Below are positions 27,850-38,031 of a stretch of 39,508 bases of DNA, piece by piece. The notes beneath the pieces are model-generated. The model was not told the origin of the DNA, did not search any database, and was given only the letters and a program-made list of their open reading frames with translations. This DNA comes from Escherichia phage RDN8.1, in sequence record MN414250.1. One strand, 5' to 3'. The position numbers were made by a program, and so were the translations under genes. How positions within the stretch are numbered: the stretch's first letter is position 1; every line of letters begins with the position of its first letter.

Positions 27850-30132
27850 ATGGCTAGTAATATCGAATCAGCTTTAGCTAACCGGACTATGGGCCGTGGT
27901 CGCGCTCCGGGCAAGACTATTAGTCTGGACTATCAGGCGGCTAACGTTCAGGGGCAGACTGGGGACTCTGGTCTCGCTCGTGCGTTAACCAACTTCGTGG
28001 AATCAGGAGCTGGCGTCTACAAGCAGTTTCAGGAGAAGGCCAAGAACCTCGGAGACGAACGGTCTAACGAGATTATCCGCAAGCTGACTCCTCAGCAGCG
28101 ACGAGATGCTATCCAGAACGGGACCCTGCTTTATCAGGATGACCCATACGCTATGGAGGCACTCCGAGTCAAGACTGGTCGTAATGCTGCCTATGCGGTG
28201 GACGATGAGATTAACGTCAAGATTCAGAACGGTGAGTTCCGTACCCGTCAGGACATGGAGGAGTACCGCCACCAGCGACTCCAAGATGCCGCTAAGTCTT
28301 ACGCTGAGGAAGCCGGGATTAACCCGAACGATGAACACTTCCAGCGAGGCTTTAACGCTGACATCACCGACCGCAACGTAGCCATCTATGGGTCGTTCAA
28401 TAAGTATTTCTCTAAGCAGTCAGAGAATACCGCTATGCTGAACACCCGCGTGGAGCTTAACTCGTTCCTGAACGATGGGGACCTGATGCGCTCAACTGAG
28501 GCTGGTAAATCCTTCATGGGATACATCCGTGATGGGCTAACCACCGCTGCCATTCCGTCCGACCAAAGGGCTACTGAGGTCATCACTCAGACGGTGCGGG
28601 ACGCTATCCAGAAGTCCGGTGGCTCTAACTTCCTACAGCAGATTCGCAATGAGCGCATCACACTTAATGGTGTGGACGCTACGGTCGAGGAGATTGTGGG
28701 ACCTGAGGTCTTCAACGCTTCGTTGATTGAGGCCCAAAGCACTGAGTACAAGCTGGTGGCTAAGTATCAGGAAGACTTGTCTTTAGGCGTTCAGTCTGCG
28801 ATTCTTCAGGATGACCCGACCATCGGTCTGGCCCAGATTCAGAAACTCAAGGAGCAGAACAACCTGCTTCAACCGGGAGAAGAACTCACGCCTCAGCGTC
28901 AGATGCTTATTAATGCCGAAGCCAGCTTACTGGAAGCGGTCAAGCGTAAGTCCGCTGAACAGGCGAAGGAGAACACTAAGCTCATCCAGACGCAGAACAA
29001 GCAACTGGTCATTGACCAAGTGTATCAGCGCCGACTGGCTGGGGACAACGTGTCCACCAACTATGAGGACCTCCCTGTCTCTGCGGCTACAGGCGAGTTT
29101 AAGCGTTCGGACATGAACAACTACGCTATGGGTAAACTCCAACAGATTGACCAGATGGACATCCCTGAGGCTGCTAAAGACGCTCAGAAGGTGGCATTGT
29201 TAAGAGCTGACACTAACAACGGTCCGTTCCGTAATGCCTTCCAGACTCTAACTCAGGACGCTGCTGGAGAGTGGCAAGCTGCGGTCATCCGTGGACAGTA
29301 CGACCCAGACAAGATGCAACGCTTCGAGTCTCTTCGTCGTGCCTACACTCAGGACCCTTCAAGTTTTGCTGCCCTGTATCCTGACCAAGCTCAGCTATTC
29401 TCTACGTTCGACCAGATGGGCAAGATGGGTCTGGACCCTCAGACGATGATTGAAGCTGATAAGCAAGCTGCAAGTCAAAGCCGTGAGATGCGCATGGAGT
29501 CAGACAAGGCGTGGCAGGAGTTGAAGAACGACTCCAAGAACATCCAGTTGTCTCGCCTCCCAACGTCTCTGGACTCAAGTGCTCGTAAGGTCTGGGACTC
29601 ATGGTACTATCGTACAGGGAACGCTGACGCTGCAACTCAGCAGACTCAACGCTGGCTTAACGAGAACACCGTAACGTTCCAGTCTGAAGGTTCTGACGGT
29701 AAGTCAATCGGCATGGTGTCCAAGCACCAGCTTATGGTCGGGGATAACCCAGAGTCGTGGCAGGTGGGTCGAGACATTATCGACACCGCTCGTCAGCAAC
29801 TCATTAAGGCTAACCCTTGGGTAGTGAACTCTCAGTTGTCCGTTGTTGAACAGAACGGCTCTATCTTCCTCCAAGACGCTACAGGTACTATTCGTATTCG
29901 CTACGATAAGGAACTTGTAGGTAAACTCTACCGCGAACAACAGCAGAAGGCACAAGATGCCGCATATGCTCAGGCAGAACGTGACGCTAACAAGCGAGCG
30001 CGTATCGTCGGGACTAAAGCTGATGGCGACAAACGTCGAGCTGACCGAGAGGCCAACATCGATAAGCGTGGTGGTATGTACAATGACGTCTCACTGGAGG
30101 GTATCGCAAACGTACTAATCGGTAAGGAGTAA
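27850..30132 (+). CDS. Internal virion protein C (gp15-like)
   Basis: 760 aa after AGGAGG; size and position match T7 gp15 (747 aa). Confidence 0.85.
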   Translation: MASNIESALANRTMGRGRAPGKTISLDYQAANVQGQTGDSGLARALTNFVESGAGVYKQFQEKAKNLGDERSNEIIRKLTPQQRRDAIQNGTLLYQDDPYAMEALRVKTGRNAAYAVDDEINVKIQNGEFRTRQDMEEYRHQRLQDAAKSYAEEAGINPNDEHFQRGFNADITDRNVAIYGSFNKYFSKQSENTAMLNTRVELNSFLNDGDLMRSTEAGKSFMGYIRDGLTTAAIPSDQRATEVITQTVRDAIQKSGGSNFLQQIRNERITLNGVDATVEEIVGPEVFNASLIEAQSTEYKLVAKYQEDLSLGVQSAILQDDPTIGLAQIQKLKEQNNLLQPGEELTPQRQMLINAEASLLEAVKRKSAEQAKENTKLIQTQNKQLVIDQVYQRRLAGDNVSTNYEDLPVSAATGEFKRSDMNNYAMGKLQQIDQMDIPEAAKDAQKVALLRADTNNGPFRNAFQTLTQDAAGEWQAAVIRGQYDPDKMQRFESLRRAYTQDPSSFAALYPDQAQLFSTFDQMGKMGLDPQTMIEADKQAASQSREMRMESDKAWQELKNDSKNIQLSRLPTSLDSSARKVWDSWYYRTGNADAATQQTQRWLNENTVTFQSEGSDGKSIGMVSKHQLMVGDNPESWQVGRDIIDTARQQLIKANPWVVNSQLSVVEQNGSIFLQDATGTIRIRYDKELVGKLYREQQQKAQDAAYAQAERDANKRARIVGTKADGDKRRADREANIDKRGGMYNDVSLEGIANVLIGKE

Positions 30133-30136
30133 CATA

Positions 30137-33100
30137 ATGGCGACTCGTGGTATTCGCAATAACAATCCGGGTAATATCCGGGTAAGTAAGGACCAATGGG
30201 AAGGGATGACTGGAGATGATGGCGCATTCGTCACCTTCGATAGTCCAGAGTCTGGCGTCCGAGCTTTGGGTAAAAACCTGCTGTCCTACGGTCGCCAAGG
30301 TTATGACTCCATCGAGAAGATTATCAACCGATGGGCTCCTCCTAACGAGAACGACACTCAGGCTTATATTGACTCAGTGGTGGCTGCGACTGGTATTCCA
30401 GCTACACAGAGTCTCGACCTCTCGAACCCGGACACCCTGTCTTCTCTGGCGCAAGCTATCAGCTTCCATGAGACAGGCTCCCGGTACGACCCTGAAGTCT
30501 ATCAGCAGGGAGTCGCAAGAGCACTCAACGGTATCAGCCCAAAGACTCCACCAGTAAGCGCTAACGTATTTGACGCACTCACGGAAGGACTCAAGGCTAA
30601 ACCTAAAGTAGCTCTGGGTGAGAACCTTCCGACCGCTGCTGGTCTGAACATTGAGGGTCAAGCACCTGAAGCTCCCAACGAATCGTTCGGTGAGATGTTC
30701 TATAAGGCTACTGGCGAGACCATGCAGGAACGAGAGGACCGCTCTACGTGGTTCGGTTTCGGTGCGGCTACAGAAGCTGAAGTGAAGAACTCTATGGTCG
30801 GCGTGGCTATCCGCGCTGGTCAGACTGAGGACTCACTGGATGTCATTGGCGATGTGTTCAACCCAACCAGATGGAACAACCATAAGTGGTCTCGTGAGGA
30901 GCTGGACCAGATTCGTAACGCTGGGGTTCTGCCTCAGTATTACGGAGTCATTACTGGTGGCTCTCCTCAAAACCTGACCGAGCTTATTAACTTGGCGCTT
31001 GAGAACCAGAAGTTGGACCAAGAGAAGGCCAAGGCCGGGACTGGTGCTCAGTTAGCTGCTGGTGTGATTGGAGCTGGTGTGGACCCTCTGACATACGTTC
31101 CTATTGCTGGACAGGCTGGTAAGGGCGGTAAGCTGGTAAACAAGATGTTCACCGTGGCTGCTCAATCTGGAGCACTGGCTGGTGTGTCTGAGATGGCCCG
31201 TACCTCAGTGGCGGGTGGTGACGCTCATGTGGCTGAAGCTATCCTTGGTGGTGCTCTCTTCGGTGGTGGCATGACTGCTATCGCTGACGGTCTAGGAAGA
31301 GCCTTAGGTCGCAACACTAACGAGTTTGCTGGCCCCGCTACACGTCTGGAAGCGCGTGAGACTGCTCGTAACGTTGATGGTCAGGACCTGTCTCGTCTAC
31401 CTATTCAGGAAGGCGAGCAGACCTTCAGTCATCAAGGTGTTAAGTTCGCAGACGTTCCGAACGAGCCGGGCAGTGTACGACTGGAAGATGGTTCAATCCT
31501 GATTGGTGAGAACCCTCTGAACCCTAAGACACGTCAAGTCTTTGACGAAGTGATTGAGCCTGAACGTGCCGCTGCTGGTGTGAACCTTGGTGGACTTACC
31601 GAGATTGGCCTGAAGCTGCTTCGGTCTGAGAACCCTGAGATTCGTGGAGTAGCTGCTGACTTAGTACGTTCACCGACTGGTATGCAGTCTGGGGCCTCAG
31701 GTAAAATAGGGACAACTGCGTCGGACGTATTCGAGAGACTTCGTGCTGTGGACCATCGGTTCTACAACGACATCGACGATGCGGTTACTGAGGCACTAAA
31801 GGACCCGTACTTCCAGACAGCATTCTGGCGAGACTCTGGCGCATTCCGTCAGGACATCTACCAGCGTGTGTCTATGGCTATCGAAGATGGTAGCGGAAAC
31901 CTGAAGGCTGAACTTACTCCGGGAGAACTGAAAGTCTATGACCTACTGAAGAGCCAGTTTGACGCCAAGCGTGAGATGATGGAGAACCCAGCTATGTTTG
32001 GTCGTCCAGACGCTAAGTCTATCTTTCCGGGTAGCCGCTTCAAGGGAACCTACGTCCCTCATGTGTATAGCAAACAGATGAAGGAGCTGTATATCAATGA
32101 GCTGGGGAATCCAGAGGCGTTGCAGGAGGCCATCAAGAAGTCATGGTTGACCAGCTATGCGTCTCGACCTGAAGTCAAGAAACGCGTGGACGAGGCACTC
32201 TTAGAGGCTGACCCTACGTTGACTCCAGAGGGACTTGCTGCTGCGGTCGATAAATACGCAAACGATAAGGCTTACGGTATCTCTCACACCGAGCAGTTCG
32301 AACGTTCATCCGTAATGGAAGAGAACATCAACGGTCTGGTTGGTCTGGAGAACAACAGCTTCCTTGAGGCTCGTAACCTGTTCGATAGCGATATGTCAAT
32401 CGTCCTGCCTAACGGTCAGACCTTCAGTGTCAACAACCTGCGTGAGTGGGACATGGACAAGATTGTCCCGGCCTACAACCGTCGAGTTAATGGCGATATT
32501 GCTATCATGGCTGGTACAGGCAAAACCACGAAGGACATGAAGGACTTGGTTGAGACCATGATGAACAAGGCTGGGGATGACGGCAAGTTGAAAGGTGAGG
32601 TCTCGACCTTACGTGACACCTTGAAGATTCTCACTGGTCGTGCTAGACGTGATGGTGCTGACGATGCAGCCTTAGCTACTGTTATGCGCACAATGACGGA
32701 CCTATCGTTCTTCGCTAAGAATGCCTACATGGGTGTTCAGAACTTAACGGAGATTGGGGGTATGCTGGCCCGTGGTAACGTCCGGGCGATGCTGCACGGA
32801 ATCCCGATGTTCAGAGACCTAGCCTTCCGCAACAAGAAGGTGGGAGCCTCTGAGATTAAGGACCTGCATAACGTGGTCTTCGGTAAGGAACTTGACGACT
32901 CTATCCGTCCGTCTAAACAGGATGTCATTGACCGCCTTCGAGCGTACAGCGACCTGAGTAAACCAGTAGCTACCGCTTTAGGTTCCGCCAAGTATTACAC
33001 TGGGGAACTTGCGGTCCGCTCTCCGTTTACGAAGGTCCTGAACGGGACGACTAACTACCTGCTGGATGCTGGACGTCAAGGCTTCCTGTCTGACATCGTG

Positions 33101-34024
33101 GAGCACAGCCTGACCGGAAGTAAGCGTAAGTTTGATGACCGCTGGTTGAAGACCGCTGGTATCTCCGATGACCAATGGAAGGGCATCAAGTCCCTCATCC
33201 GTGAGTCAGTGACTCGTGGTCCAGACGGGAAGTACACCATCAAGGATAAGAAGGCGTTCAGTCAGGACCCAAGGGCTATGGACCTCTGGCGTATGGGTGA
33301 CACCATCGCTGATGAGACCCTGCTACGTCCGCACAAGCTGAGCAACATGGATGCCAAATCGTATGGCCCGGTGGCAAAGACTGTTCTTCAGTTCAAGAAC
33401 TTCGTTATCAAGTCCATCAACGGTCGAACCATGCGTACATTCTACAATGCTACCAAGAACAACCGGGCGATTGATGCTGCGTTATCCACGGTTATGTCTA
33501 TGGGCCTTGCTGGGGTGTACTATATGGCTCAGGCGCACATCAAGGCTTACGCGATGCAGGATGGTCGAGACAAGGAGTATCTGAAGCAAGCCCTCAACCC
33601 GACGATGATTGGCTATGCGGCCCTGTCCCGTAGCTCTCACCTCGGTGGGCCTCTTGGGGTCGCCAACATTCTGGGTGGAATCGCTGGGTATGAGGACACT
33701 AAGTTGCTCCGTTCGTCTATCCTCCCGCGTTCACCTACTGAGAAGCCTGAACGTGCCATTACCTATGGTGCTGCTAAGAGCGACCCGGTGATGAACGTGG
33801 TGGGGAACTTCCTTGAGCAGGTCCCGGCCTTTGGCTACGCTGCTAACGTCGGGGCTTCGGCTTATAACTTGGCTGGATACCTCAAGGCTGATACCCGTGT
33901 GAGCGAGCGGGACTACATGACCGGGATGTATAACACCTTCCGTGAGCTGGTCCCGAACGACCCGATTACTCAGAAGCTGCTGCTTGGAACCTTTGAGGAA
34001 CAGGGTATTCACATCAAAGACTAA
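30137..34024 (+). CDS. Internal virion protein D (T7 gp16 homologue) with non-T7 N-terminal domain of about 130 aa
   Basis: 1295 aa; from about residue 190 long blocks match recalled T7 gp16 (VRSPTGMQSGASGK, AYGISH..QF..SS..EENI.GLVG.ENNSFLEARNLFDSD, DAALS...SMGLAG); N-terminus (GIRNNNPGNIR...FHETGSRYD) does not. Confidence 0.92.
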   Translation: MATRGIRNNNPGNIRVSKDQWEGMTGDDGAFVTFDSPESGVRALGKNLLSYGRQGYDSIEKIINRWAPPNENDTQAYIDSVVAATGIPATQSLDLSNPDTLSSLAQAISFHETGSRYDPEVYQQGVARALNGISPKTPPVSANVFDALTEGLKAKPKVALGENLPTAAGLNIEGQAPEAPNESFGEMFYKATGETMQEREDRSTWFGFGAATEAEVKNSMVGVAIRAGQTEDSLDVIGDVFNPTRWNNHKWSREELDQIRNAGVLPQYYGVITGGSPQNLTELINLALENQKLDQEKAKAGTGAQLAAGVIGAGVDPLTYVPIAGQAGKGGKLVNKMFTVAAQSGALAGVSEMARTSVAGGDAHVAEAILGGALFGGGMTAIADGLGRALGRNTNEFAGPATRLEARETARNVDGQDLSRLPIQEGEQTFSHQGVKFADVPNEPGSVRLEDGSILIGENPLNPKTRQVFDEVIEPERAAAGVNLGGLTEIGLKLLRSENPEIRGVAADLVRSPTGMQSGASGKIGTTASDVFERLRAVDHRFYNDIDDAVTEALKDPYFQTAFWRDSGAFRQDIYQRVSMAIEDGSGNLKAELTPGELKVYDLLKSQFDAKREMMENPAMFGRPDAKSIFPGSRFKGTYVPHVYSKQMKELYINELGNPEALQEAIKKSWLTSYASRPEVKKRVDEALLEADPTLTPEGLAAAVDKYANDKAYGISHTEQFERSSVMEENINGLVGLENNSFLEARNLFDSDMSIVLPNGQTFSVNNLREWDMDKIVPAYNRRVNGDIAIMAGTGKTTKDMKDLVETMMNKAGDDGKLKGEVSTLRDTLKILTGRARRDGADDAALATVMRTMTDLSFFAKNAYMGVQNLTEIGGMLARGNVRAMLHGIPMFRDLAFRNKKVGASEIKDLHNVVFGKELDDSIRPSKQDVIDRLRAYSDLSKPVATALGSAKYYTGELAVRSPFTKVLNGTTNYLLDAGRQGFLSDIVEHSLTGSKRKFDDRWLKTAGISDDQWKGIKSLIRESVTRGPDGKYTIKDKKAFSQDPRAMDLWRMGDTIADETLLRPHKLSNMDAKSYGPVAKTVLQFKNFVIKSINGRTMRTFYNATKNNRAIDAALSTVMSMGLAGVYYMAQAHIKAYAMQDGRDKEYLKQALNPTMIGYAALSRSSHLGGPLGVANILGGIAGYEDTKLLRSSILPRSPTEKPERAITYGAAKSDPVMNVVGNFLEQVPAFGYAANVGASAYNLAGYLKADTRVSERDYMTGMYNTFRELVPNDPITQKLLLGTFEEQGIHIKD

Positions 34025-34042
34025 ACTATCACTATAGGAAAC
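34020..34042 (+). promoter_or_regulatory. Phage RNAP promoter (phi17-like), predicted +1 at 34037
   Basis: CTAAACTATCACTATAGGAAAC; overlaps gp16 stop. Confidence 0.65.
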
Positions 34043-34067
34043 GGGAGGCTTCGGTCTCCCTTTATTT
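34043..34067 (+). terminator. Stem-loop with UUCG loop plus U-tract just downstream of the phi17 start (terminator-like / 5' stabilising hairpin)
   Basis: GGGAGGC-TTCG-GTCTCCC then TTTATTT; 7-bp stem. Confidence 0.5.
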
Positions 34068-34084
34068 GACAACAGGAGGCATTA

Positions 34085-36559
34085 ATGGCAGACAACAAGA
34101 CCCTCATCAAGTATCCCACTGGTGAGACACAATATCGTATTCCATTCGATTACCTCGCAAGGTCTTTCGTAAAGGTAAGCCTTGAGGTCTCCACCGACTC
34201 CACTCTTAGTTATCCGCTGACACCGGGTAATGACTATCGGTTCCTGAATGCCACTACCATTGAAATCCTCATTCCGCAGGGTTCCTATGATGTGCTGCAA
34301 ATTCGTCGATTCACTGACACTACTCCTCTGGTCGGATTCCGCGATGGCTCAGTGCTGACAGCTAACGACCTTACAGTCTCTGAGCTTCAGGCAATCCATA
34401 TCGCAGAAGAAGGCCGTGACCAAACGTTAGAGCTGACCGAGAGCTACGTTGAGACTGCTGCTAATATCCGCGACGAAGTTAAGGAGATGCTGGAGGAAAT
34501 GCGGGATGACTTAATCATTCAGCGTGTGTATAAGGATAGCTTTGAGAAGGGTCAGACACTCAACCTTCCCGGCGAGTCCCTGCGACTGGAAGCTACTAAC
34601 ATCTACTATGAGTGGACGGGTAGCTTCCCTAAAGTAGTACCTGCTGGCTCTACACCTGATACGACTGGTGGTGTGACTGCTGGTGCGTGGCGTATGGTAG
34701 GTAACAGCAATATGGAAGCGTTCATGCTCAGTGGGTCTTACCATGTGTTCTCAACCATAGATGACCTGAAGTCCCTTAAGATTAACCCTTCGGTGACAGT
34801 CAACATGCAGGTAGGCTCCAGAGCGATGACCCTTAAGCTGGTTCAGGCAGCTGGTAAGTTCTACAACAAGCGTGTCTACTGGGACATAGTTGCAGCGGAA
34901 AACCCGAACACGTTGAGCGTTCAGCTTGTTAATGGGCTGTGGGCTGCCATGGTAGTGGAAGACGAGCTGTACCCTGCGGTCTTTGGATGGGGCGAGAAGG
35001 ATGACCCTGCTGCTAATGCCGCTGCTTACCATAGAGCATGTGCTGTGGCTGAGGCAAACCCTAACGTCCACACCATTCGTCTACACGCTGGCGCCTTCCG
35101 CAGTGATGGTATAGTGGCTCAGGTTGCACGTAGACGCTTCCGGTTCACTGGGGCTGGCTGGGATAATACCTTTATCCTCTCTGAGTCCTCTGACATCTCG
35201 TTCCACCACAAAGGGTTCAACGAGTCTAACCCAGCACTGGACAAGCGATACTTCCAGCAGATTGTCGATGGCTTCACCGTAGACGGTCAGATGGGTACAC
35301 GTAAAGTCCAAGCCGCTCAACGTACACTCTCCACAGTCCACTACGCCGAGCTTGGCTATAAGTCTGTAAACCATAGGGTGTCACAGGTGGATATTTGTGG
35401 ACTAGTTGTCAAGTGGTACGGTATGACTGGTGCTGGTGTGTATGACGGTGTGTGGTCACAGCATGGCCTACGAGTACGCTACAACTCTATCAAGCTGAAT
35501 GGCTATATTGGTGGAGCGCCTAATCAAATCAACACCATGATTGGTGGCTTCCGTACCAAGCTTATAGCCCCTGCTAAGGCTGGTGACACCACGATTCAGG
35601 TAGAGAACCTGCGCAACGGTCAGACCTACGACATCCTAGAGGTTGGCGGTGGTACACTTGAGGCTCCACGCATAAAGTCAAGAACAGGGAACACCATCAC
35701 ACTGTTCGCCCCTCTGGAGTACGACCACACGGTTAACGCAGTGGTTAGACTTCCGGTTGTTGGGACTGAGGTTCAGGGTACTCTTGAGGTTGGTATCATC
35801 TACATTGCTGACGCTGAGGCTACAACCGTTCATGGCATCTACTCAGAGGAATCTAAGTTCTACCTTTCTGGACTTCTTCAAGGTTGTGAGATTCACGGCA
35901 ACAGTATTGCGGAAGCAAACCCTACTGTACAGGTTGACTCTAACGTAGACCCTAGAAGTCACATCCGAATTGTGTCTAACAACACGTACTTCCCAGTGAC
36001 AATCGCAGTGGCCGATGAGACCGGAGCAGTAAACAACAGGCTTGACCTCAAGCGCTTCCCTAACATCGAGATTAAGGGCAACACACGCGCTCAGAACTCA
36101 ATCTGGGTAAATGGTGTATACTCCTTTAGTTCTCTCCGAGTATACCGAACGTATGACTCTGGGATGAGCGATGTGTCAATGACCACTATGGAATTCGACG
36201 GTCTATCTGCTCAGTTGGCTGGCGGAGCTGTAAGTGATGCCCTCCTGCTCGCATCGTTCCCAGCAACAAGGCCGTATAAATGGGATGGCTACACCTTTGA
36301 CCTTACGGCTACTTATCGTCGAGTTGGTAAGATGGGTGGCGGCACACTCAAACGTGCTGGTCACGCGCTAACCGATGGTACGACCCACGATGTGAACGTT
36401 CAACGCTACGTCTCAACTGGCAGTACTTGGTCTGAGGCTGGCGTAGACCTTCTGTTCGGTGCCACTGGTACCCGCGCGTCTGTTACTGCTCGAGGTGAGG
36501 CTAGTGGTGCTTGGCCTACGAGTATGTCAATCAGAGGTATCATCACCCACGCAAACTGA
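34085..36559 (+). CDS. Tail fibre / tailspike: T7 gp17-like N-terminal adaptor domain fused to a large non-T7 C-terminal domain (putative receptor-binding or polysaccharide-degrading domain)
   Basis: 824 aa; N-terminal about 150 aa (YRIPFDYLARSFVKV, FRDGSVLTANDL, LQAIHIAEEGRD) match recalled T7 gp17; remainder shows no T7 similarity. Confidence 0.88.
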   Translation: MADNKTLIKYPTGETQYRIPFDYLARSFVKVSLEVSTDSTLSYPLTPGNDYRFLNATTIEILIPQGSYDVLQIRRFTDTTPLVGFRDGSVLTANDLTVSELQAIHIAEEGRDQTLELTESYVETAANIRDEVKEMLEEMRDDLIIQRVYKDSFEKGQTLNLPGESLRLEATNIYYEWTGSFPKVVPAGSTPDTTGGVTAGAWRMVGNSNMEAFMLSGSYHVFSTIDDLKSLKINPSVTVNMQVGSRAMTLKLVQAAGKFYNKRVYWDIVAAENPNTLSVQLVNGLWAAMVVEDELYPAVFGWGEKDDPAANAAAYHRACAVAEANPNVHTIRLHAGAFRSDGIVAQVARRRFRFTGAGWDNTFILSESSDISFHHKGFNESNPALDKRYFQQIVDGFTVDGQMGTRKVQAAQRTLSTVHYAELGYKSVNHRVSQVDICGLVVKWYGMTGAGVYDGVWSQHGLRVRYNSIKLNGYIGGAPNQINTMIGGFRTKLIAPAKAGDTTIQVENLRNGQTYDILEVGGGTLEAPRIKSRTGNTITLFAPLEYDHTVNAVVRLPVVGTEVQGTLEVGIIYIADAEATTVHGIYSEESKFYLSGLLQGCEIHGNSIAEANPTVQVDSNVDPRSHIRIVSNNTYFPVTIAVADETGAVNNRLDLKRFPNIEIKGNTRAQNSIWVNGVYSFSSLRVYRTYDSGMSDVSMTTMEFDGLSAQLAGGAVSDALLLASFPATRPYKWDGYTFDLTATYRRVGKMGGGTLKRAGHALTDGTTHDVNVQRYVSTGSTWSEAGVDLLFGATGTRASVTARGEASGAWPTSMSIRGIITHAN

Positions 36560-36600
36560 GGACAATTCGGTCAAGGATGACCATTACAATAGGAGACTTT

Positions 36601-36798
36601 ATGTTACAGATTGACTTCAAGAATGAGGTACTTAAAGCCTCACCTATAGTCGGGACCGCAGCGGCTGATGGTGCCAGTCGGTTCTTTTTCGGCCTTACGC
36701 TGAACGAGTGGTTTTACGTCGCTGCTATCGCTTACACTGTGGTACAGATTGGTGTGCTCATTTACAAGACTATCAAGAGTGGAGGTGCCACCACATGA
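36601..36798 (+). CDS. Class II holin (T7 gp17.5 homologue)
   Basis: ATG after AGGAG; DFKNEVLKASPIVGT...FFGLTLNEWFYVAAIAYTVVQIG matches recalled T7 holin. Confidence 0.85.
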   Translation: MLQIDFKNEVLKASPIVGTAAADGASRFFFGLTLNEWFYVAAIAYTVVQIGVLIYKTIKSGGATT

Positions 36799-37058
36799 CG
36801 CAAATGGACTTAGAGAAGTTCCTCTTAATGCTGGACACTGAACGTGCCCGACTCATGCTGCAAGACCTGCGGGATGACTCCAAGCGCTCACCCCAGTTGT
36901 ACAACGCCATTGAGAAGCTTCTGGCCAGACACAACTTTGTGTTGAGTAAGGTGTCTGTAGACGAGAAGCAGCTGGCAGACATGGAGGCCCTCAACGCGGA
37001 GTATGACAAAGTGCTCTCAGCTACTGAGGATAACGACACCGGGTATGGTGTACAGTAA
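36795..37058 (+). CDS. Small terminase subunit (T7 gp18 homologue)
   Basis: ATG overlaps holin stop; FLLMLDTERARLMLQDL..SKRSPQLYNAIEKLL matches recalled T7 gp18. Confidence 0.85.
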   Translation: MTQMDLEKFLLMLDTERARLMLQDLRDDSKRSPQLYNAIEKLLARHNFVLSKVSVDEKQLADMEALNAEYDKVLSATEDNDTGYGVQ

Positions 37059-37061
37059 GTG

Positions 37062-37100
37062 TTAGACTCAAGGTCATCTATTGGTGGCCTTTATGATTAA
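37062..37100 (+). promoter_or_regulatory. RNase III-like processing hairpin (T7 R18.5 position)
   Basis: TTAGACTCAAGGTCATCTATTGGTGGCCTTTATGATTAAC; third copy of the motif. Confidence 0.4.
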
Positions 37101-37150
37101 CACTAACGTAGGTGACTCTACGTGAATTCTTTTAAAACAGGAGGGCAACT

Positions 37151-37594
37151 ATGCTCGAACTTTTACGTAAAGCGCTCCCGTGGTTAGCGGCAGGACTCCT
37201 GTTCTGTTCAGGCTACTGGGTGGCAGACACAAAGTGGGAGGCGAAAGTAAGCAATGAGTACATCACTAAATTACAAGCAGAGGACAGAACGCGCACTTCG
37301 GTACAGCGAGAGGTGTCACGTATTGCAGCGGACTACCAAGACAAGCTGTCCGCGCTGGAAGGCTCTACTGATAGGATTATTGCTGACCTTAACCGCGATA
37401 ACAAGCGGTTGCGCATCAGAGTCCAACCTACCAGTGGAACGGTCCAAAGTGACGGTCGATGCGTCATTGATGGTTACGCCGACCTTGATGAGCGAGATGC
37501 TAAACGTCTTATCGCCATCGGACTGAAGGGCGACGAGTGGATTAAAGCCTTGCAGGGGACCATCAGGGCCTTGCAGCAGGAGAAGGAGAAATGA
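37151..37594 (+). CDS. Rz-like i-spanin (T7 gp18.5 homologue)
   Basis: 147 aa; N-terminal TM LPWLAAGLLF; EGSTDRIIADLNRDNKRLRIRV, DERDAKRLIA match recalled T7 Rz. Confidence 0.85.
   Translation: MLELLRKALPWLAAGLLFCSGYWVADTKWEAKVSNEYITKLQAEDRTRTSVQREVSRIAADYQDKLSALEGSTDRIIADLNRDNKRLRIRVQPTSGTVQSDGRCVIDGYADLDERDAKRLIAIGLKGDEWIKALQGTIRALQQEKEK
37254..37526 (+). CDS. Rz1-like o-spanin lipoprotein embedded in Rz in the +1 frame; start uncertain (possibly TTG about 37323)
   Basis: Embedded ORF with hydrophobic segment ALLIGLLLTLTAI and lipobox-like TSGC. Confidence 0.45.
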   Translation: MSTSLNYKQRTERALRYSERCHVLQRTTKTSCPRWKALLIGLLLTLTAITSGCASESNLPVERSKVTVDASLMVTPTLMSEMLNVLSPSD

Positions 37595-38031
37595 TGCTCA
37601 GTGATTCGTATGTCTATGATGAGTCCAGTAAGTCTGGCCTGAAGTCCCTGCGTTCTGGTAAGGATGTGGGGTGTGTGGGAAACCACGGGTATTATCAGGT
37701 AGGAACTCGACGTCATGGACTCCTGCTGGCCCATAGAGTCGTCTGGGAGCTAACCAACGGTCCTATACCAGAAGGTATGGAGATTGACCATATTGACCGC
37801 TGCCGGACTAACAACAGGCTTGACAACCTCCGGCTAGTTACTTCAAGCGAGAACTCCTGCAACACCTCAGGACATTCTGACTCAAAGACTGGAGTTAAGA
37901 ACATATCGTTCCATCAGAATGGCTACGCTATCGAGGTCATGCGTAAGGGAGTCCGTATGCGAACAACACGTCCTACTTTAGAGGAGGCTATCTCTGTCCG
38001 GGACCTAATGCTGGAGGGACTATATGTCTAA
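37591..38031 (+). CDS. HNH endonuclease inserted between Rz and terminase
   Basis: AGGAG RBS; [41 protein letters not shown]; paralogue of 8043..8525. Confidence 0.8.
   Translation: MMLSDSYVYDESSKSGLKSLRSGKDVGCVGNHGYYQVGTRRHGLLLAHRVVWELTNGPIPEGMEIDHIDRCRTNNRLDNLRLVTSSENSCNTSGHSDSKTGVKNISFHQNGYAIEVMRKGVRMRTTRPTLEEAISVRDLMLEGLYV

Noticed and set aside
27314-27850. Minus-strand 178-aa ORF antisense to gp14
   Set aside because: Completely overlaps a conserved structural gene; no independent signal.
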